A stretch of 64,000 nt of DNA, taken from a virus. This document shows, piece after piece, positions 57,641-64,000 of the stretch (its first letter is position 1; each line of letters begins with the position of its first letter). Below the pieces are notes generated by a model that saw nothing but the letters and a program-made list of their open reading frames with translations, made no database searches and had not been told where the DNA came from. The stretch spans positions 1-64,000 of IMG/VR virus record IMGVR_UViG_3300032315_000647, one strand, 5' to 3'. Both the position numbers and the translations under genes were made by a program.

Positions 57641-60600
57641 TCATCTTCTACTTTCCTTCTGAATAGTAATGTCAAATTCTTTAGCGAATTCAGGATCCAG
57701 GATACCACCGTAGGTAAAGATAGATTTTGTGAAAGGAAACATCTTACCGAAATTCTTAATAGGTTGAGCTTTCTTTCTAACCTGTTCAACAGTGAGATCA
57801 GAATCTGATGTATCCACTCCAGTCATTTCCATCATAGCGTGATCAACAAATCTTCCCATGTCTGAGAATATACCAATCGCAGGGAACAGTGATCCACTAA
57901 GAATCTTTTGAAATTCAGCAGGATTGTAGAAGAACGAAAGCTCACTAATGAATTTATCAATTACACGAAGCTGATATCTATAAAAATTCTTACTAGCTCT
58001 ATCATCTTCATCATCAGGAGCAGCAAATCCTAAAGCAAACATTGCGCCAAACATAGACATGAGAATAGAAAGTTCCTTAACCTGGTTTCTGAGATTGATT
58101 CTAATCATGTCTATAAACTCATCTCTATCCATCTCCAAAGGTTTGCCTGTACGTTTTTCATACTTTTCAGCAAACTCTTCGTACATCTTATTCATCAATT
58201 CAACACCTTTATCATTGACAGCCAAGATGTTATAGATGTTAGTTGATCTGTCTCTTATAGATGTACCTAATACATAAGCAAAGAGTCTAATCCTACCAAT
58301 GTCATATTTCTGTCCTGTTGTTATTCCATCTTCTCCTATTTCTACAGAGAAGTCATCACTCACCTTTCTAAACTCTCCAAAACGTGTATCCACTAGTTTA
58401 GGAATCCAGTTTTTGAACACCATCATTGATTTTGTCCAGACACTCATTCCCATACGATTGAGATCACTATCTGAAAGTCCACCAGTAGCATTTCTTGATA
58501 TACGTCTGGTTAAGTTAGTAAGACGTTGAAGCTCATCTATATTAGATAAATCAAGACCAGGGATTACAAGTTTACCATTTTCAAGTTTCTTTGTAACACT
58601 TATGGCTTTGGTTTTCTTCAATTCTTCTATTTCTTCATTAATCTTTGAAGCCACTTCTTTATACTTTGAAGAAGAATCATACCTGTCTTTATACTTCCTT
58701 TTGACGAACTCACGAATGTTGACAATCTTTCCATTGTCTATCATTGTGTTATCAAGAAGAGTGAGGAATATAGACTTCTCAATGTGCTGTTCAGGATGCT
58801 TCATGAAGAAATATAGCATGTCTGAAAAGTTCTGTCTTGTGAGAACTGTTAAACCTGCCTCCTGAAGTTTGTCATACGTAGGATCATCTTTCAGAGGCAT
58901 AAATATATTCACAAGTTGAATAAACATTTCACGTTCTTCATCATTCTTGAACTTATTTCCAACAAGCTTTGTTTCATTAGCTAGCACTTCTCTAGCCTTG
59001 AAGTAGTTACCAGCTTGTGTAGCAATCTGTATGTTAGCACCAAATGCATTCACAGCACCAGAAACAAACTCAAGTCCAAGTGCTTTTAACTGAAATGCTC
59101 TGTTTGCAGCATCCATAGTTTTCACCAGAGATGTAGCAGAAGGATTCTCATCTATTTTGAACACCTCTCTATTGGCTACATTATTCACTGCACTCTTCAT
59201 AAAGTTCATCACCTTACCTACACCAAGTGGTGTGTCACTATCAGACAAGGGATACTTCTGTTCATATAGTAGTGCTCTAAGGAAGTCATTGAAGATTTTT
59301 GCATTACCCTCACTAGTAACTTCTCCTTTAGCCATTACCTTTGGTCCACGTTCATCGTAAACAACTTCACCAACATTATTTGTATTAAGATAGCCTTTGA
59401 AAGTTTCAATAGTTTTAACAAGCTGCAATTGATCCTCCACTTCAGAAAGATATTTGTACTTCTCCATGTGGTTGATGTACAATATCATATTCTTGAAGAT
59501 GTCCTCACTTACATCAGAATAGTCATTTGTACCATCTTCCTTACGAGTGAAGTCATACGTGTAGTATTTAGGAATTGCATTTTCCAATTCACCTGTTAAC
59601 TCGTTTATTTTTCCATATCCTACATCATCAGTTTGTATCTGTAGACTCTTACCAAAGTTCATTACAGCAGAGACATCAAAGTCCCATGCAAGACTTTCTG
59701 CCATTCCTTTCCTTATAAAAGGAAGGAATGTAGAAGCCACCTTATTACTAATATATCCAGACTCTTTAGCTTTATTATTCATCTCATTGATGAAGTTGTA
59801 AAGCTCAAACAGATCATTATCTTTTAGAAGTTCTTTATATTCTTCTGACTGCCATTTAGCTAGAGGATGTCTTTTAATAATGTAATTCTTCCAACCATTG
59901 AAATCTTTCCTATCAATATCCCATTTACGTTTTTCCTCAAGTATCATCTCATCCATTCTATCAGGATCATCATCATACAACTTTTTGATTCTTTCTATCT
60001 TCTTATCAAGCAGTTCTTTTGCTTCTTTCCTATATGCATCTACATCAATGTTATTTAACAACCAGTTTTTATCATGATTTCCTTCGAGTGCATTGTTATC
60101 TACACCTTCAAAGAATTCTTTCTTGAACTTGTATATTAGCTTGTTAACCGTTTTGTTTTTATCATCCTTCTGATAGATTTGTTGAACTAGTTTTCTAACA
60201 TCCCCACCTCTATCAACAAGTTTTTTACGAATAGCCATGAGTCTATCCACTTCACCAAGTGCATCTCTAGAGGCTCTTCCTTTTGCATTTGTGACAAGTT
60301 TGAACAACACTTCCAATGATGCCATAGGAAGTTCTGATATTCCTCTAAAGTTTGAAGACAAACCTTTTACAACAGCTTCAGCATTTAACAGTCCCTTTAC
60401 AAGATTTCGCTCACCTATGAATTTATCAGCAAACTTTCCAGACACCTCTCCAATTTGCTCTGCAGAAAGACGAATCTTTCTAGCTTCATCACTAATGTCT
60501 TTAAGTAGATTCTTGTTAAATGCAACACCCTCCTTAGCTTCTTCAGTGGTAGCATCTTTTTCCATTTGTTCATTATAGATGAGCTCACCGATTAAGTCAT

Positions 60601-62914
60601 CTATTCTACCAAATACAGTGGCAAACGCATTGTACTCTCGCATGTCTGCAGCCATTTCAGAGAGTTTCTCATCTGTAAAGTCTTCACCTTTTGTATTAGC
60701 GGGTCTATCCTTATAAATGGTGTTATAGTCATTGAGTATTCGTTGACCTTCTTTCTTCATCTCTTTAATTACATCTACAAGAGGAGCAATGTTGAGAGTT
60801 CCCTGGGCTGCACGAATTGCTTCCTTTAGAATGTTCAACCTATCACGTTTGAATTCACGCTCATCTTCATCTGTCACCACCTTCTTAGAAATCTGTTTGT
60901 AAGAAGCATTGAGTAGTGAGATGAGTTTATCAAGACGTTCAAAACCAGTGGTTTCTGTTTCTTCAGATACAGGAACCAAACGTAAGTCTTCAATCTCTTC
61001 TGTGTTTACAGATCCTATTGAAATTCCTGTAACCTTAACAGGAGATTTTTTATCTCTAGGATTTTCTTGTTTAATATCCATCAGAATAGGAATTGCCCTA
61101 TTCATCCCCATTTCTTTCACTCCATATCTATCACGAAGAATATCTTTATATCGTCCGAGCTGAACATTATATGCTCCTTGTTTATACCAAGCAACATCTT
61201 TAGCACCAGCAGCAACACTCATGAACTTCCAGTCAATGATATTACCTTTGCCATTCTCTTCTACAATCAACAAGTCTATTGTACCAGCTTCTTTCTCTTT
61301 AGGATCATATATAATCACCTCAGAGAACACAAGAGGATTCTTACCATCCTTTGAGAACTTAGCTATTAACTCAGTGTAATACTTCTCAAGTTTGTCATAT
61401 ATCTGTTCATCTACATCTGAAAGTTTTAATGTACGAGGTTCAGGATTTACCTTTCTTGTTCCATCAGAATTGAAATATCTTCCATGTATCTCTTCAAAAT
61501 ATCCATGCCCTTTAACACCAAACTCTCTTTTGAACTCATTGAATTTCTTCTCTTCTTCTGTAAAAGTCTTATCACCAAAACGTTGCCTATACCAAGCTTT
61601 TACACGATCAGTTACCCTTTTAGTAACACGTTGAAACGTACCATCAGGTTGCTTTACCTCATACCAGTTAGATGCTTCTTCAGTGTCTACCAAAAGAGGA
61701 TCAATAGATTTCTTATCTTCAACCTTCTTAATACTATCTTTTGTCTGAAGGATGCGTTGTTGTATTTCTTTTTGAGCATTAGAGATTTGATAATAAACTC
61801 CTTCTCCAACAAGTTCACCTTCAACACCTTCCTCTATAAGAGCAGCAGCTTCCTTGAACACATCAATGTTAGCTGCTTTATACATCCCTCTGAACCAATC
61901 AAGAATCTTCTGCCACCAGTTGTGTACAATGGTTCTGTTGGTCTCATTCATCAGTTCAGGGAATTCTGTAGTGCCCTGATTATTATTAATAATTAGTTCA
62001 GCAATCAGTTTATCAACAGCTTCTTTCTTAATCTTACGAATGTCTGGCTTTCCATTAGGAAGTTGATAAGCAGGATTGTTTTTGTATTGTTCAAATGTTT
62101 GTTTGTATATAGAAAATCTATCAATCTTGGATATCATTTCTGTAACTAGATTGGGATTCTTCTTCTCAATAATGGCTGTAGCTATGTGCACCATCTCTTC
62201 TGTAAGAGCAACATCCTCTTTACCCTCTGCAACAGCAATTATCCTACTTGTCAAATCAGCAATAGCATTAACACTATTTTCAACAGCAAGCTTTGTCCCT
62301 TTCAAATACTCAGAGAGATCCTTAACATCCACGCCCATTTTCTTCAAAAGCTCTTTCACTTTTGAAATAGTTTCTGGAGAAGCAATTGAGGAAGGCATTC
62401 CTTCCATTTGCATCATTGTCTGAGGAATAACCTCAAAGTAATCTCCTCTATCAACAGCTAAACCTTTATTTAATAAAGATTTCCAAACCCTATTTGCAGA
62501 ATTATTTATATCTTGTTTACCAAAAAATTCTGATTTTAAAGTTTTACCTTCTTTTGCTAATTTATTTGCAAGAGCTAAATAAACTTTTGTACCAAATCCT
62601 TTACCTTGAAATTCTTCATATAATTCTACTCCAGCCATTCCTATAGAAGAAGATATGTAACCTTCATTATCTACAGAAATAACTCCTGCATATCTACCAT
62701 TTATTTTAATAGGATAACTTGTTGCTTCTGGATTATCTGGATTAAATCTTGGGTTATCTAAAGTTAGATCAGGAGTTGAATCAAATAGTTCTTCCACTCC
62801 TTGTTTAATACCTTGCTGTTCCCTATCAACTTCTATCTCAGCCAATAAACGATTGCCCCCTGTTCTCTCAAGAGCAGCTTTGAATTCTGGGCTATTTGGA
62901 TTTATACATGCCAT
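57641..62914 (-). CDS. giant polyvalent virion/ejection-type protein with GNAT-like, degenerate zincin and PD-(D/E)XK domains
   Basis: EEFQGKGFGTKVY (GNAT motif A); EEMVH; E......AGTIDLL......IIDWKF...QL..Y; long helical C-terminal half. Confidence 0.65.
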   Translation of the reverse strand: MACINPNSPEFKAALERTGGNRLLAEIEVDREQQGIKQGVEELFDSTPDLTLDNPRFNPDNPEATSYPIKINGRYAGVISVDNEGYISSSIGMAGVELYEEFQGKGFGTKVYLALANKLAKEGKTLKSEFFGKQDINNSANRVWKSLLNKGLAVDRGDYFEVIPQTMMQMEGMPSSIASPETISKVKELLKKMGVDVKDLSEYLKGTKLAVENSVNAIADLTSRIIAVAEGKEDVALTEEMVHIATAIIEKKNPNLVTEMISKIDRFSIYKQTFEQYKNNPAYQLPNGKPDIRKIKKEAVDKLIAELIINNNQGTTEFPELMNETNRTIVHNWWQKILDWFRGMYKAANIDVFKEAAALIEEGVEGELVGEGVYYQISNAQKEIQQRILQTKDSIKKVEDKKSIDPLLVDTEEASNWYEVKQPDGTFQRVTKRVTDRVKAWYRQRFGDKTFTEEEKKFNEFKREFGVKGHGYFEEIHGRYFNSDGTRKVNPEPRTLKLSDVDEQIYDKLEKYYTELIAKFSKDGKNPLVFSEVIIYDPKEKEAGTIDLLIVEENGKGNIIDWKFMSVAAGAKDVAWYKQGAYNVQLGRYKDILRDRYGVKEMGMNRAIPILMDIKQENPRDKKSPVKVTGISIGSVNTEEIEDLRLVPVSEETETTGFERLDKLISLLNASYKQISKKVVTDEDEREFKRDRLNILKEAIRAAQGTLNIAPLVDVIKEMKKEGQRILNDYNTIYKDRPANTKGEDFTDEKLSEMAADMREYNAFATVFGRIDDLIGELIYNEQMEKDATTEEAKEGVAFNKNLLKDISDEARKIRLSAEQIGEVSGKFADKFIGERNLVKGLLNAEAVVKGLSSNFRGISELPMASLEVLFKLVTNAKGRASRDALGEVDRLMAIRKKLVDRGGDVRKLVQQIYQKDDKNKTVNKLIYKFKKEFFEGVDNNALEGNHDKNWLLNNIDVDAYRKEAKELLDKKIERIKKLYDDDPDRMDEMILEEKRKWDIDRKDFNGWKNYIIKRHPLAKWQSEEYKELLKDNDLFELYNFINEMNNKAKESGYISNKVASTFLPFIRKGMAESLAWDFDVSAVMNFGKSLQIQTDDVGYGKINELTGELENAIPKYYTYDFTRKEDGTNDYSDVSEDIFKNMILYINHMEKYKYLSEVEDQLQLVKTIETFKGYLNTNNVGEVVYDERGPKVMAKGEVTSEGNAKIFNDFLRALLYEQKYPLSDSDTPLGVGKVMNFMKSAVNNVANREVFKIDENPSATSLVKTMDAANRAFQLKALGLEFVSGAVNAFGANIQIATQAGNYFKAREVLANETKLVGNKFKNDEEREMFIQLVNIFMPLKDDPTYDKLQEAGLTVLTRQNFSDMLYFFMKHPEQHIEKSIFLTLLDNTMIDNGKIVNIREFVKRKYKDRYDSSSKYKEVASKINEEIEELKKTKAISVTKKLENGKLVIPGLDLSNIDELQRLTNLTRRISRNATGGLSDSDLNRMGMSVWTKSMMVFKNWIPKLVDTRFGEFRKVSDDFSVEIGEDGITTGQKYDIGRIRLFAYVLGTSIRDRSTNIYNILAVNDKGVELMNKMYEEFAEKYEKRTGKPLEMDRDEFIDMIRINLRNQVKELSILMSMFGAMFALGFAAPDDEDDRASKNFYRYQLRVIDKFISELSFFYNPAEFQKILSGSLFPAIGIFSDMGRFVDHAMMEMTGVDTSDSDLTVEQVRKKAQPIKNFGKMFPFTKSIFTYGGILDPEFAKEFDITIQKESRR

Positions 62915-62915
62915 A

Positions 62916-64000
62916 TCAATAACATTCTTTTAGTTTTTTAATTGCCATCTGTCCTTCCAAAGTAATACATTCCATTATCTCTCCAAGAGCCTCATCTTCT
63001 GTCATTTTGTATTTAGCACTATAGTTTTTGAGGATTTGCTTTTGCCTCTCAGGAGAGAATGCTTTTTCAAATGTCAAAGGAACTCTAGGAGCTGTAGGAG
63101 CTTGTTGTGTGGGAACTGACCTCTTATAACTCTTAGGATCTTGCAAGAACTTGCTGATGATTACATTATTATCAACATCCTCCACTTGTATAAATCCATT
63201 CTCAATTACAGACTTGTGATCAACATCATAGAACTCATTAGCTCTGAAGCTGTCTCCCCATGCATTTACAGCTTTGTAGACAAAGTATTTCTTACCCTCT
63301 TGATCGGAATGTTCTAGAGGTGTACCAGAATTATCATACACTTTCCTGAACAAACCTTTATTCATAAAAGAGAAGTCTCCAGCTTTACGCATTTTAGCCT
63401 TCTTATCCTTTATCACTTTATACAATTCAATACCTCTAGCGTTTGCTTGTTCTATTTCTTCCTTTGTAAGAAGATCATTTTCCTTCTCCCAGGTGTACAC
63501 TATGTAATCAAAACTTGCTTCTCTGTTGTTCTTAGAACGTGTAAGTACAGGAGGAATCTCTCCTTTGGCTACAGCATCTTGTACAGGATTAGGCAAGAAC
63601 TTCATTGATGGATTGTAATACTTCTTACCTGTTTTCTTTGATGTAATCAATGCTGCTTTCAAATAAGGAGTGATATCATCATTGTTCCAGTTGTTCCTTT
63701 CAAACACACCAAGCTTATAGAAGTCATCTAAGTTAGACAATCCTTCCAACTTGGAGAGAGTTGCGTTATAAATTTTCTCAAAGTCTTCATAAGGAATAAG
63801 AGATGTGAATGATATTGGAGAACTTGACAAACCGCTTTGAAGAATTGCTAAGGTGACAATTCTGTCATACAGAGGATTCTTATCATCTTTCAAACGATCT
63901 CTAAGTTCACGGAAGGCATATATCACATTGTTCTGATCATACACCTTGTTCTCTGCCATGTTCAGCTTAACGTTATTCACCCCACCTTTTGCAGCTCTCA
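62916..64000 (-). CDS. C-terminal part of another large virion-type protein (5' end outside the window)
   Basis: Frame stays open to the window edge; tandem with the 1757-aa protein, as for crAss-like giant proteins. Confidence 0.6.
   Translation of the reverse strand, partial: RAAKGGVNNVKLNMAENKVYDQNNVIYAFRELRDRLKDDKNPLYDRIVTLAILQSGLSSSPISFTSLIPYEDFEKIYNATLSKLEGLSNLDDFYKLGVFERNNWNNDDITPYLKAALITSKKTGKKYYNPSMKFLPNPVQDAVAKGEIPPVLTRSKNNREASFDYIVYTWEKENDLLTKEEIEQANARGIELYKVIKDKKAKMRKAGDFSFMNKGLFRKVYDNSGTPLEHSDQEGKKYFVYKAVNAWGDSFRANEFYDVDHKSVIENGFIQVEDVDNNVIISKFLQDPKSYKRSVPTQQAPTAPRVPLTFEKAFSPERQKQILKNYSAKYKMTEDEALGEIMECITLEGQMAIKKLKECY

Noticed and set aside
57641-64000. Virion RNA polymerase call for the giant proteins
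   Set aside because: No DxDxD catalytic motif in an RNAP context is visible in the window; an RNAP could lie in the missing upstream part of the 62916 ORF.

Overview
A 64 kb segment of an AT-rich dsDNA tailed phage that probably infects Bacteroidota. Support: repeated TTTG-N19-21-TAnnTTTG promoters, A-rich start regions without Shine-Dalgarno motifs, and a Crassvirales-like gene set. It reads in the standard genetic code. Positions 1-37.7 kb (+ strand) hold a tRNA 3' end, many small hypothetical ORFs and a replication/nucleotide module: family B DNA polymerase, DnaA-domain-IV protein, DnaB helicase, SF2 helicase, AAA ATPase, primase, DUF932, UDG-like protein, rIIA/rIIB, exonuclease, class II RNR, RecA, dUTPase with an adjacent HNH endonuclease, PhoH, thermonuclease, RyR-domain protein, GT32 and GT2. 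Positions 37.7-64 kb (mostly - strand) hold late genes: small basic proteins, a ferritin-like protein, a lysis cassette, a 1801-aa Gly-X-Ser/Thr repeat fibre and two large virion-type proteins. The best candidate for a new system is a phage-encoded protein glyco-sulfation pathway interleaved with its likely acceptors. Enzymes: a GT resembling plant peptidyl-Ser/Hyp O-glycosyltransferases (flanked by poly-Thr proteins), a four-domain MTase/GT-A/GT4/TibC-AAH-like fusion, an FkbM methyltransferase, APS kinase, a sulfotransferase and GT9. Other notable signals: a homing endonuclease that duplicated the dUTPase FGSTG tail, a promoter-terminator leader/sRNA before the lysis genes, a UDG with GMCPY in place of GQDPY, a recurrent AAACCAA pre-start motif, and an array of small genes with near-identical 5' ends. 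All family calls come from motif recognition by eye; no database searches were run.
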